Shown piece after piece: positions 1-11,489 of a stretch of 64,000 nt of DNA. A program made the translations under genes and the position numbers. Under the pieces are notes generated by a model, which saw only the letters and a list, made by a program, of their open reading frames with translations, did no database searches and was not told the DNA's origin. Source of the stretch: Lingula anatina (Eukaryota > Animalia > Brachiopoda); the NCBI GenBank assembly GCA_051362555.1, contig CM120642.1:18848001-18912000 (forward strand), given 5' to 3'. Every line of letters begins with the position of its first letter. Positions within the stretch are counted from its first letter, which is position 1.

Positions 1-1739
1 CATCCTTCTGTGTCAGTATGATCCCCATTGGCTTGTGCTTTTATCAGAATTGAGACAATCTCACTGTGCCCCTGTCTGGCGGCTAAATTAAGGGCAGTCT
101 GTCCAGTTTTGTCCATGGCCTCCAAATCAGCACCGCGTGAAATCAACAGCTGCACCATGGCTATGTTCCCCTGATGGGCGGCGGCACACAGGAGAGGCCT
201 CCCCGTGGCGTCTACCTCATTAATCCCAACCCCATTCTCCACCAGCTCCTTCAATGATTCCGACTTTTTCTTCTCCTGCTTTTCAATCTTTTCAAGAGTT
301 GCTGATGTGCTTTCCTCAGCTGACTTTGGCAGCTCTGCCCCAGCTTCCAACAGCAATTTTGTGACCTGTTGTTCCTTTGGTAAACCACCGGCCATTAGGC
401 TGGTCTCAACAGGGGCACCAGACTGGATCAACCACAGGGGTAAATGAAATCCCTCTGTGGGAGCAACCAGGTGTGCTTTGCTCAAATGTAATGCTAAGTT
501 GTGCACTTCTTCAGGTGATAGATGGGGCGCAGTGAGAGTGAGATTCATTGCCAGCATCCCGTGACCTTCAGCCGCATTGCACAGATATTTCTGAGTGCAG
601 TGTTTCACATCCAGTAACCACTCGGCAAAACTATGGTGAAAGAGAATTTTGGTTCCCTCCTGCCCACTGAAGATGATTTTGGACAGGGCTTCCATTCTGC
701 TGTGAAATTCATCTACGTTCAAAGTGGTATTACCAGTCCATACACTGCGGAATAGCTCCTCCTCTGTGAGAGGACTCCGGGCCGCAAGGATCACGTTCAG
801 AATAGGCTGTACCTTTTGGAATTGCTTTTTTACGAAAAGTCTTTGACACAGCCACAGATAGAGTCCATTTAGAGTCCCAGGAATTTCCCTTATTTCACGA
901 AGCATGATAAAACTTTCTGCTACCCCATCTAATACTTTTTCCAGGTAGAGAAAGCATCCGTTGCTTTTAATATGGAGCTGGTTGAGCATTTCTGCCGTCT
1001 CTCGACTAAGGTGCTGGCGTAACCCCTGCTCCTGATCAAGTCGGCACAAAATATACTGCTGAACGTCGCGCACAACATGCGACTTGCGCAGATCGTCCAG
1101 ACTTATCTTTCTGAACCCAGTAAACAGTCTTGTCACAGATTTACTCTGTTTTCGCGCAGAGCAAATCAACATCAGCCATGTTGGAAACAGCTGATGGTGA
1201 TTGGCTAAGAGTTCTGCGATAGTCTTACTTCCTGTTCCCGTATCATTGATAGACTGAAGATACGACTCATCAATGGAGTCCACCAAGATGAAAACATTTT
1301 GTGAAGGTGGTGGAATGGATAAAAGTGGGTCCAAAACTCCTTTTTTAAAAGCATCGTCAGGATTCACTTCGCAAGTCTCTCTCTTTAGAGCAGCTTTAAC
1401 ATCTGGCTCACTGATTACGTCCCTATATCCCTCTATTAAATCAGATTTTGAAATTTGGTCCACCAGGCTAAGAATGAAATTCGTCAAAGATAAAGTCTCA
1501 ATGTCATGGGCCTGGCAAAAATGGTACGCTAAAATCCTCTTGCTCAGGGCCTGCTGACGACCTTGACCCGTGGGCCACGTCATCTCCGCGCACACGGCCG
1601 TCTTTCCGCACCCAGGTCCTCCCATCATTAAGGCCCCGCATGTATTGGACGTTGATCTGCTGTCCAAGTAGTGCGTAATTTTGCTGAATGCCCATTCTCG
1701 GCAGAAGAACCGCCGTCCCTGGAGCAAGCAGGTTGTCAT
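1..1739 (-). CDS. ANKRD50: Ankyrin repeat domain-containing protein 50, first coding exon (partial, continues beyond left edge): NACHT-like P-loop NTPase plus first ankyrin repeats
   Basis: Manual minus-strand translation from ATG at 1739: MTTCLLQGRRFFCREWAFSKITHYLDSRSTSNTCGALMMGGPGCGKTAVCAEMTWP...LAYHFCQAHD..., with Walker A GGPGCGKT, Walker B FILVDSIDE (~1270-1295) and ankyrin repeats GRPLLCAAAHQGNIAMVQLLISRGAD / GQTALNLAARQGHSEIVSILIKAQA. The LLQGxxFxCREW start resembles the ANKRD50 N-terminus as I recall it. Splice acceptor tcttttacag ends at 1761, so the exon starts at 1760. The ORF track missed it because there is no stop inside the window. Confidence 0.93.
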   Translation of the reverse strand, partial: MTTCLLQGRRFFCREWAFSKITHYLDSRSTSNTCGALMMGGPGCGKTAVCAEMTWPTGQGRQQALSKRILAYHFCQAHDIETLSLTNFILSLVDQISKSDLIEGYRDVISEPDVKAALKRETCEVNPDDAFKKGVLDPLLSIPPPSQNVFILVDSIDESYLQSINDTGTGSKTIAELLANHHQLFPTWLMLICSARKQSKSVTRLFTGFRKISLDDLRKSHVVRDVQQYILCRLDQEQGLRQHLSRETAEMLNQLHIKSNGCFLYLEKVLDGVAESFIMLREIREIPGTLNGLYLWLCQRLFVKKQFQKVQPILNVILAARSPLTEEELFRSVWTGNTTLNVDEFHSRMEALSKIIFSGQEGTKILFHHSFAEWLLDVKHCTQKYLCNAAEGHGMLAMNLTLTAPHLSPEEVHNLALHLSKAHLVAPTEGFHLPLWLIQSGAPVETSLMAGGLPKEQQVTKLLLEAGAELPKSAEESTSATLEKIEKQEKKKSESLKELVENGVGINEVDATGRPLLCAAAHQGNIAMVQLLISRGADLEAMDKTGQTALNLAARQGHSEIVSILIKAQANGDHTDTEG

Positions 1740-3131
1740 GGCAACATTAGGCTAGACCAACTGTAAAAGAGAAGAGCAAAATCATTAAAGTAATGCGTTA
1801 AAATGTTTCAAGCATTGGAAGAGATGGTACATGCCAAAAACATTGCGATTCATGAAATACAGAATACAAAATATCTTATGAACTAAAAATTTGCTTGCAT
1901 TTGAAAGCAAGTACAATTTTCATAAATACTGAAACAGCATTATCAATAATTTACATATGGGAAGGGAGCATTATGAAGAACAACAATAATTCTATTATTT
2001 AAGAAAAACATCCCATTAAGGGTAATAAATAAACAATTAAGACTTGTGCCTGTCATTTGTGGTCACTTGAAAATTCCTATGCTATTAGTACCACTACAGT
2101 GAATTCTCTAAATAAAGCCAATACTTCATATTACAGTATATCATTTGAGTTGCAATCAAATAAGATTTGACAGCGCATTCATAGAAAATTATGTATTTTT
2201 CTCTGACTATATTAAATACATATAAATCATTCCTTTGGCAGACTCCTGATACATGCATCAGCTCAATGTCGAGTATCTATGAAATTCAGGATTGATGATA
2301 CTCAGATAAACCCGCTTTTCAAATGTAATACCTCTGAATAAATTATTCTGGAAATTTTAACTCTTGGCACTGTTCATGAATGCATGCTTCTTATTTCAGC
2401 ATCCAGCTGCAATGGGGAAATAATACCCTTTACAATGTCCATGCTATGTGGATATAAATAAGCAGGAAGGAGGCAAACCTCACCTAGACAAGAAATATTA
2501 CAAATTCCACCACAGGATGAGTTGGAGGTCACTAATTTCCTCTACAATATGTCACTTTGTTTGCGTAGATAGTTTAGCTGGGTGTATTCAAAAAGCAATG
2601 TGTCATACACCCAAGTGCTATTTTTCATTGGACATTTTGAGTTTTATTTCCTTTTTGTGAAATCTGACATTCATATCCAGCCAGAGTGTGGATTAATTTC
2701 AAACTATCAAACTATAAGCTTAAAACTGGGGTAAAACAGCTGTTGAAGTATATCTTAGCTCAGAGAGAACAGAATACAGAGAAAATGCTCATTAATAATC
2801 AGTAGGATAGGTAAAATAGAGAAAAAATCTTCATTAAATAAAGGACATTGAATTTTTGTCACAGTATGGTCTAATCATATATATTCCTTATATCCTTTAT
2901 TTTTTATATATCCTATTCACTTACTTATTCTTTCATAAATCAAGCTGTTGAATTATTGATTTATTCAAAAATATGTGAAAGAGTACAATTAACAAAATAA
3001 GTCAGTCTATATTAAATTGCCCAACAAACAGAAACATGCTGATATAAATACTTTTCAACAAGACAGTCTATAATATATTCCCAAAGGTTAGGCAAAGTAA
3101 ATGATGAAAAGAAGAGGTGTGTGTGTGTGTG

Positions 3132-3165
<34 letters not shown>

Positions 3166-3793
3166 GAGAGGTGAGTCACATTTATATCTCCCTCAACATG
3201 GCATTTATGTTCCAATAACAAACTACAGAAATTAAAAGAGGACTGACATTTGCAAAGATAACTTAGAAATCCATTTGTGCATCACGCTTTGCACTTTGGA
3301 AATGATGCAAATCCTTAGAAATGTTGTACCGATCAATAGTTTAAAAAATACTGAAATCCTGGCATACGTCAAAGTCATAATTCCAGGAATGCTGGGATTG
3401 GCAAGGGTGGAGAGGGAGACATTATCATTCTTGTCTAATAAAAATATTACGATGGAAATGACAAAATACTATAGTGGTGATGCCACATTTGAATTTTTTT
3501 GTTATTGAAAATCAAACCAAACACAGACAACTGATCCATGTGATTATGAATGGACTGATGGTCTTTTATGCCCTTTAAAATAAGGACAGAAAAACATACA
3601 TTTTTGTGCTGACTGATAATTATGTTACTTCTTGTGGAAATAGGGGGTGACACCGACAGACAACCTGAACATCTTGTTCTAGTATATATATACATATAAC
3701 TTTACTAAGATACACAAACTGCCTCAGAAAAACAGACAATAATCTTAAACACCACCCAAGCTCTCTAATTCAGCTGATAGAGAAGGGAATTAA

Positions 3794-4050
3794 GGCTTCA
3801 TTCACATGCAATGTCTATTTTCTAAATTCTATTTTCTATTCGCGCTATCTTATGATCACGGTCTGTGCCCTGAATATCCCGCCGCGTAATTACTGGCAGC
3901 GCGAGCCAGTTACTTATAGTAACTTATAGTAACTGGCTCGCGCTGCCAGTAATTACGCCGCGGGATATTCAGGTCACAGAACATGATCATAAGACATACC
4001 GCGAATAGAAAATAGAATTTAGAAAATAGACATTGCATGTGAACGAAGCC
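3794..4050. mobile_element. Fully palindromic MITE, PIF/Harbinger-like
   Basis: Left arm ggcttcattcacatgcaatgtctattttctaaattct...gcgagccagttac is the near-perfect reverse complement of the right arm gtaactggctcgc...cattgcatgtgaacgaagcc. Flanks are TAA and TTA (TWA-type target). Confidence 0.85.
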
Positions 4051-4233
4051 TTAGACACTGTTTGACATTTACTTCTTAACAAGTATTTGCAACCCAAAGA
4101 ACTTCACTTCAAATTGTATTACGGAATTATCAAATGTTCCTTGATGATGATCATGACTACTCTTTACAAAACTTGGGGTGGGGAGGGTTACATCAACAAA
4201 AACAAAATGTTAAAATTCCCATACGTGTGTGTG

Positions 4234-4236
<3 letters not shown>

Positions 4237-4309
<73 letters not shown>
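4237..4309. repeat. (AT)n microsatellite
   Basis: Direct reading. Confidence 0.95.
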
Positions 4310-4312
<3 letters not shown>

Positions 4313-5663
4313 CTTCTTCAAAATAGACATAACAGATGTTGGGGAAACAAATACAGTTTGAATAAATAGCTTACTATTAGGTGCTAAATTTCCCCATGAT
4401 GATAAAATCAGAACAGAAATAGAAGATCAAAGGAAAGATACATACATCTTCATTAAGAAAACACCTGCCAATTATCATCAGGTGTAAATATAAACCACTT
4501 TCAGGTGTACAAATAAACCGAGTTTGATCTTCTGTTAACAGCAATGTACAAACTAAGTGCTACACTTTTACATGATGATTAAGAAACAATCATGATGTTG
4601 GCAGGTGCTTTAAAAAGAAAATTTAAGTTGGAAGATGTTGAGATTTTAGACAAGCTGAAATGATTTTGTTCTAAGTTTTGAATGCATTTTTAAGACTCTC
4701 TCTCCCTCTCTACCACTCTTTCCTCTGTCTCTCTCTCACATATACTCATAAACACAGCTCTCTCTCTTTCTCTCGCACACACACACTAATAAACACATAG
4801 AGGAGAGAGAGAAAGATAGAGAGAGAGAAAGAGACAGAGAAAGAAAGAATACAGACATACATGCATACAAACTCTCTAGGACACGATCACACACCCTAAA
4901 CTAAGGTCTCCATACAGAAAATTTTAATTTACATGTCAAAAACACCGCCCCAGAAATATTCTTCGCCAGCCAATTACAAACATACCTAATATGCACACCA
5001 TGGGAATCTGGTAATACTACAAGAATCAGCGCTGTCCTTTTTATCACAGTAATGTCCACAGCTACAACTTAATAGTATTTTCCATGAGAAAGTCACTATC
5101 AATCAATCCTAACACTTCAAAAACATGGCACGCAGGCTGCAGTCAGAATGAAGGCAAAAACATACCCAACACAACACCTTGGTCTTGATCAAATGCTGGC
5201 CAGTCTCCTATGTGTTCTCATATGTCCAGCAAACCAAGTCCAGACCTAGCACTGACCAGTGCCCAGTGAATCTCCCACCACTTCCTCACACCAACCCAGG
5301 AATCCTATCTGCCAGAGCTATGTTTTATTATGCTCTGAACAGACTGGAGCCAGTGCTATATGAACAAACTGTGTGAAATTGTGGCAGAGGCCGATGTATT
5401 GATTTTATTCTTAGCCACCGTATCAACTCACTCCACATGATGTATGAGCCTGGAAAACCATTTTGTCCTGACTCACTTTTCTCTAATTCTTTTCCTGTCC
5501 CTATAGGCTTTTATAGAACTCCAATGGCGACATAGGAGGTGTCTGTATATTTGTCAGAAAATGTCACCGTGTATGGAAATGATTAGCTAAAAAAAACTTC
5601 CATTTTGAATAAAGCTTGCTCTATCCATTTATGCACCTATGGTTTATTTTCTTTTTCTCTCAG

Positions 5664-5810
5664 GAGAGAGAGTGTGTGTGTCTGTGTGTGTGAGTGTATG
5701 TGTGTGTGAAAGAGAGAGAGACAGAGAAAGTGTGTGTGTGTGTGTCTGTGTGTGTGAGTGTATGTGTGTGTGAAAGAGAGAGAGACAGAGAAAGTGTGTG
5801 TGTGTGTGTC

Positions 5811-5864
<54 letters not shown>
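5664..5864. repeat. Compound (GA)/(GT) microsatellite with an internal ~65-bp duplication
   Basis: gtgtgtgtgtctgtgtgtgtgagtgtatgtgtgtgtgaaagagagagagacagagaaa occurs twice, followed by (GT)n(GA)n. Confidence 0.9.
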
Positions 5865-5866
<2 letters not shown>

Positions 5867-8555
5867 CAACCAGGTGTTCCTCACCTGGCTTATTTACGAC
5901 TTATTTTCTCCAATTACCTGGCTAATAACACTCTAGTTTACAATAATAATCATTTCAGTTGATGAAGATATCCTGTTCCAAGGTGTACACAAACACGCCC
6001 TCTCTACAGGTAAGTTCCACATGAACCATGCACTTACAGACTATCAAGAACATTTCTTGATAATGCGTGTTTCTCGTCAACTTGGGACAACTCAACTATC
6101 CAAGCTGACCACATATCTATAATCTTACCAAAAGAAACAAATCTTATTTCTGTTCTTTGGCCCACTGACATTTTACTTATGTTTAGTCCAGATCGAGTGA
6201 CTACATTGCAATTGGCCACTTATTGTTAGAAATGGTAAATCACATGCTCTGTTGATACTATATTTATCCATTCAAGAGTACTGTTGACATTTGGCATTTT
6301 AAAAACTTTCACATCACCAGAAAATGAAGGCAGTGGGATAATGAAGATAATGGCTGAATAATAGAACATACAAAAGCACTTAGCCATATTCTATTAGAAT
6401 ATTGTTCCAAAAAAGGAAAAATCCTCGGTCCATTTAGCATTCTAAGAAAAGTCACCAAGCTGACATTTCGTATGAAATAGTTATTACAAGGTGAGTTTGC
6501 ATTTGCACCTTGAAAATGGTCCAATTATGTACAGTAGACAATTGCTGTACTAATATTCCTTGCTGCTAACTATCAATGTGCACTCCAACAACTAAGTCTA
6601 CAGTCTAATAAAAGTAAATTTTTTCATCCTGGCCACTTATACTGATGGGTATTTTTCTCCGATAATTGCTCGTTTCTAGATAATAGCCTGCTGTTAGCAA
6701 TATTGTAGGGCAGATCATCGTAGGCAAACATTAAGGAGGATTAACCAGTGAACATTGACCCAATCATTTCAAGAAGATCGCAAACGTGTGTATCTTTGCA
6801 CCAGACATGTTGTGTTACAATGCTCCGAAAAGTTAGTTTGTCTTTTGTCTGGGTGTTTCTGCCATAGATTTAGTATTAAGCTAATTAGTTCCCGCATAAA
6901 TCCATTTTCCAAATCAAATTTTTGAGCCAAATGTAGAGACACACAGTCAAAAATATCTTCATATTTTCCATTTAGCTGAAGGAAACTCATTTTCAGTTAC
7001 TGGTGAAAATTTCATATGCCAGCTTGAACCCTGCCTGTTATGGTACGACACAACCTAATTACTGAGCGGAAACCCAGGCAGAAATAGGCCTATAGAATTG
7101 GATTATTTCATCCCAGAGGCTAAAAAATAATCCCAAATCCGCCACGACCTATTCCATGGTGGTAGACTTCTAATCCTCTCTTCTCTCTTCCGGTATTGTT
7201 TGCGTATGTTTCTGGCATGTTTACCTTGGAGGTAATTGTGGTTAATTGTGCCGAGTGACTAGACCTTTCGAGATGATTTCATGAACTCTTCTGCGCCTGA
7301 GTGTGGGTACTCTTCCTACATGATCTGTATTTAGGAAAGAACTGTTTGTTCTTATATTATATATTCTTATTTGTTCTTATGTGTAGCCACAATGCCGTAT
7401 TCTACTTGTGACAGAGAAATGGATTTGTCTATTCATGCATGACATCTTGTCAGAATATGACAGGCATATTTGAATTAAACTTGGCAGTTAAATTTTTCTT
7501 GCCATGGGGGGGGGGGGGGGGGGGGGGGGAGTTGCACAATGGGGACAGAATTGGGTCAGGCTATTAAAAATTCTGAGAATTGTTTGATCTGAAACCTCTG
7601 GCGTGAGGGGGATTTTGAAGACAGACAAATAACGTATTGTTTCTAAATAAATGATAATGAGAATTTTTTTATACAGAAGAACTTGAAATACTAATTCACC
7701 TGCCTTCCCATTAAATAGGGTCTTACAGATGTTCTTTCAGAGAATCAAGAAATCCATTTCCAAATATGTGAGAAACAGAACTCAAGGCACTTTTGCTGCT
7801 ATTGATTTTCAAAGGAAAACTATTTGCTGGATGGGAATTTCTTTCTAATTTCCGCTCTATGAGCGGGCGACAGTCTGCCCATAATAAACTTAACCCTAAT
7901 GGCTATATTACAAGTAATGTTTACGTGAAAGAAATATCAGTCCTCTTTATTTTCCTCTAATTGATTTACAGACCCAGCAATGAGCCTTGTTGATGGATCT
8001 TAGGTGATGGCCTAATGTGGAAAACGGCAGCCAGCACAGCTAGAGAAGCGGGGATGATCCGGGATGCTCTCTCTTTCTTTTGAAACCTTATTGCTCCCAA
8101 ATATATGCTTTGTATTGATTTGAAAGAAAATGCAGTGTCAGGTTTCATTATATGGAGAGTTTGTGCCTAATGTTAATGGTTTTAGATCAATACATTTTCT
8201 GTGTAATTCCACTGCAGCTATGTTTATCCTGCAAAGGATATTCAGTTTTATAATAAATTCCAGCTTTTTATTGGTTACTTTTCATACTGAACACGATTTT
8301 GATTGCTTCTGCAAAGACGACTCTTTCTCCACTGCACTTTTACCCGTGCATTTTTATCTTCTAAAACTATTTCTTATTCTAGTAATAAAATTCTAGAATA
8401 AAAACTTAAAGAATTTGGGTTACATTCTGAAAGTCTGATGAGTGCAAGAAAGTGTTAAATGCATCATCAATATGAATATAACCAGATGTGAATTCTAAAA
8501 TTATTCAAATATGACATATGTTTATTACATAACAGTAATAATTTGCTTAAATTAA

Positions 8556-8769
8556 CACCCCATTTCCATAGATAAGATCGACCTATTTTAGATCGACCTA
8601 ACTCCCTGGGGGTTCACGCTAAATAGCTGTCAGCCGGGCGGACACGAAAGTTAATTACCCCTTACAGCTTGTAGTAGGCGGGGACAGACACTTAAGGGGG
8701 ATTATCTGACAGTAATCTAGTGAGACTCCCCGCGGTGATAGATCGATCTAAAGTTGTGGGAATAGAGCC
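8556..8769. mobile_element. Degenerate PIF/Harbinger-like MITE (ccccattcccata-type ends)
   Basis: Imperfect TIRs caccccatttccata / tgtgggaatagagcc with TAA on both sides. Internal agatcgacct/agatcgatct inverted motifs; ends resemble 9000-9270. Confidence 0.55.
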
Positions 8770-8999
8770 TAAGACAGGGTTGCATGCATTACCCTGTTGA
8801 GTCCATTTTCACTTTACACCAAAAGCCATTCTTGTTTTGATTTATTTTCAAGCTTAATGATTTAACATGATATCACATTGGCTAGCATTAGAAGCTATCT
8901 AAGATCTTCTATTTTAAGTTCTGTAATTTTCCTCCATGCTTACCCAACCAACAATGTGTAGATGTTTAAATAGAATGAAGCCTGCTGTATCTGGTCTAA

Positions 9000-9270
9000 G
9001 ACCCCATTGCCATAGACATCATCGGTCTACGGCCATCAACCCAACTCTAGGGGGACTCTTGCTGAGTGCAATCAGCTTTACTGAATGCCACACCTCCTCT
9101 CGTTTCCAGTACTAGTACATAAATAATTATATATAATCATCAGCATTCCTATTTTCTATTTAATGACATTTTCTACTTAATGTCATTCAGTTAAGCTGAT
9201 TGCAATCAGGGAGAGTCCCGCAGAGCTGGGTCGACCCACAGAGACTGATGGGGTCTATGGGAATGGGGCC
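9000..9270. mobile_element. PIF/Harbinger-like MITE with long imperfect TIRs
   Basis: gaccccattgccatagacatcatcggtct...ggactcttgctgagtgcaatcagctttactgaatg pairs with cattcagttaagctgattgcaatcagggagagtcc...agactgatggggtctatgggaatggggcc. Flanks TAA/TGA. A related copy is at 22210-22454. Confidence 0.75.
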
Positions 9271-9626
9271 TGAAACTCAGACTATTCCTATGACGATTGC
9301 TATAATGCTTGAGTCATGCCCCATGTGGTGCACACGTAGCAACACATTTATTTTCACAGCTTTAAGTTGATTATTCTAAACACAGAGGAACAGAACAACC
9401 AATATTCATATATTATATAGCCTACTTCCGTGTTTGAGGAAGTTACAGGAAGTATGTAATGGGCTTGCTGGGTATAGGTCAGTCCTTAAGACAATGAGAT
9501 TGAATGGTCACCTACATAGGTGGACATGGTCAGAGAATACAAGACAAGCTGACCACTTCACTTCAGAAACAGTCTTGAGATTGTCAGTCAGAGAGCAGAT
9601 GTGACAGACAGACAAACACACACAGG

Positions 9627-11319
9627 CAGGGGTCGAAACAGACGGTCGCCCACTCGCCAATGCGACTTAGAAACGACTCGGGCGACTACCTGTCAGGGGT
9701 ACTGGTCCGTTTTGGCGACCGCTGGAAAGTGCCGAACATCGTTGCCAAACCCACAGTCTGCGACGTTAAGCACTAGCCCGAGGCAATTGCCCACCTAAAG
9801 TGGCACCAGGCTAGTAAAAAAGTTGAAATTTTATAAAGCACTAGCTGTAATTTTGAACCTATTTTAAAACTCAGTAAGATTTCAAAAATATGAGTCGCCA
9901 GTCTTCTTTGTCCCTGCCTCTAATTTGACGTTTCTAGATAGTATGATATGCCTCTCAGTTGAAAAAACTCACACCTAGCTCAAACTACTGAATATTGATT
10001 AGTTGCTATAAATAACTTCACTGTAGTTATAAATAGTAGCAGTCTGTCTGATCAGCGTGTCGGCATCTTTTTATTTGACCAGTTTGTTGTCATGACTACA
10101 AATTGCCGTCAATCAAGAAACTGGATCAGACCAGAATTCTTTGGTACTAGCAACAGGTTTTGTCAAAACAACACTGTCTCCGAAGCAAGTGTAATGTATG
10201 CGTTATCTCATAGAACATTTAGGTTAGGACCACTTAGCAGACTGAGGGGTGGAGTGTTCTATTTCCTTTTTTGTTTATATTTTTTATTTATAATTTTAAT
10301 GTCCATGAGTAAATACATGGCAGTTACATAAATACCCTATGAACTATTCTTGACAATGTGGGATAGTTCGGTTTATGCCATGGCTACCCCTCCACACTTT
10401 GTCCTGGTAAAGTCCTTGAAAAGTTGTTTTTACAAATATATAACCAAAAGAATTGTTACCAAAAAAATTGTAAGACGTTTGTTTAATTACCCTTACAGCA
10501 CCTATGTATTTTAAATTAGAAGTGGCATTATATACCGATGTAATTGGAAATAAATTGTCAGAAAAGAGCCATTGTCAATAAAAAGAATAGGAATTAAAAA
10601 AAAAATTTGATTGCATATAAAAAATGGAAAAAAAGATATAATAAAAATATGAAAAGTAAGGGTAACTATATTCAGTATTACAAATTAAAAAAAAAAGAAT
10701 TTTTTCAATATTTAAAGAATTAAATATATTTTTAATTAATTTTACCACCCCATCAACTGGAAATTAACCTGATTGACTTTGTTATTCACTTGCTCTACTT
10801 CTATAATAAGGTTTATAAGAAAGTACAGTATGGTACCACAACTCTTTACAGCATCTGCTTAAACTTTTTAAATGAATTATTTAAATTGGGCTAGTGTTTT
10901 TTGGTTAGGGCTAGTAAAGTTTGAGAGAAGTTTTTTTCGTTTCGCGTTCAACCCCGGCAATTAAAATTAAATTAATTTTTTAAGATTAAAATATGGATAA
11001 ATGTAGAAGTTATATTTATTTCATAATAATTTTTATATATCCATTTTATTTGTTATATATTATGATGATGATGAGATAGCAGAGGAGGATGTGTACAAAC
11101 AGTTAAAGGAACTGACTGGAATATGAATGTGTTTACATAATCATATAGAAATAAAAATGGATGTTAAACATGTATGCGTTTACGTTATATCTAGTAGCTT
11201 GAAACTACTAATTTTTAACGTAAAATTTTACGGACCAGTACTTCTTGGTACGGACCAGTACCTCTAAGGTCCACTGGTCCGTATTGGCCAGTCCTGCCCA
11301 AATTCTGTTTTGACCCCTG
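9627..11319. mobile_element. Non-autonomous DNA transposon, hAT-like ends, 6-bp TSD
   Basis: TIRs caggggtcgaaacaga / tctgttttgacccctg (15/16 match). CACAGG is directly repeated at 9621-9626 and 11320-11325. Subterminal short repeats (gcgac/tcgcc left, cggaccagt right); no long ORF. Confidence 0.8.
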
Positions 11320-11321
11320 CA

Positions 11322-11489
11322 CAGGGGCAGATTGAGGCCGTCTTCTAGGTCTTCCAGCAGACAGTCAGATTTTCAAGTTTACACTGACTGGTGTCTAATT
11401 TTTTCTGTTGGAAGATGGTCAAAAATGGACGATGTATCAACAAAGATAATTTGGAAGACCGTCAGAAAATATTATTGGATACACCCCTG
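11322..11489. mobile_element. Short MITE (caggggcagat...ggatacacccctg)
   Basis: Reverse-complement homolog of 39968-40151 (shared gtcttct/aagtttaca/caaagataatttgg blocks). Sits within a (GACA)n tract. Confidence 0.7.

Noticed and set aside
205-1695. ORFs 205-447, 1273-1557 and 1504-1695
   Set aside because: Antisense or off-frame shadows of the ANKRD50 coding exon.
5660-5936. HT/SL/VC/ER-rich ORFs (also 13266-13965, 16444-16761, 27377-27695)
   Set aside because: Translations of microsatellites and minisatellites, not His-rich proteins.
6000-6990. Several 60-73-aa ORFs and strong donor-like sites (cag|gtaagt 6010, acttac 6032, ag|gtgagt 6490)
   Set aside because: No recognisable homology and no consistent acceptor/frame chain; a nested transcript cannot be supported.
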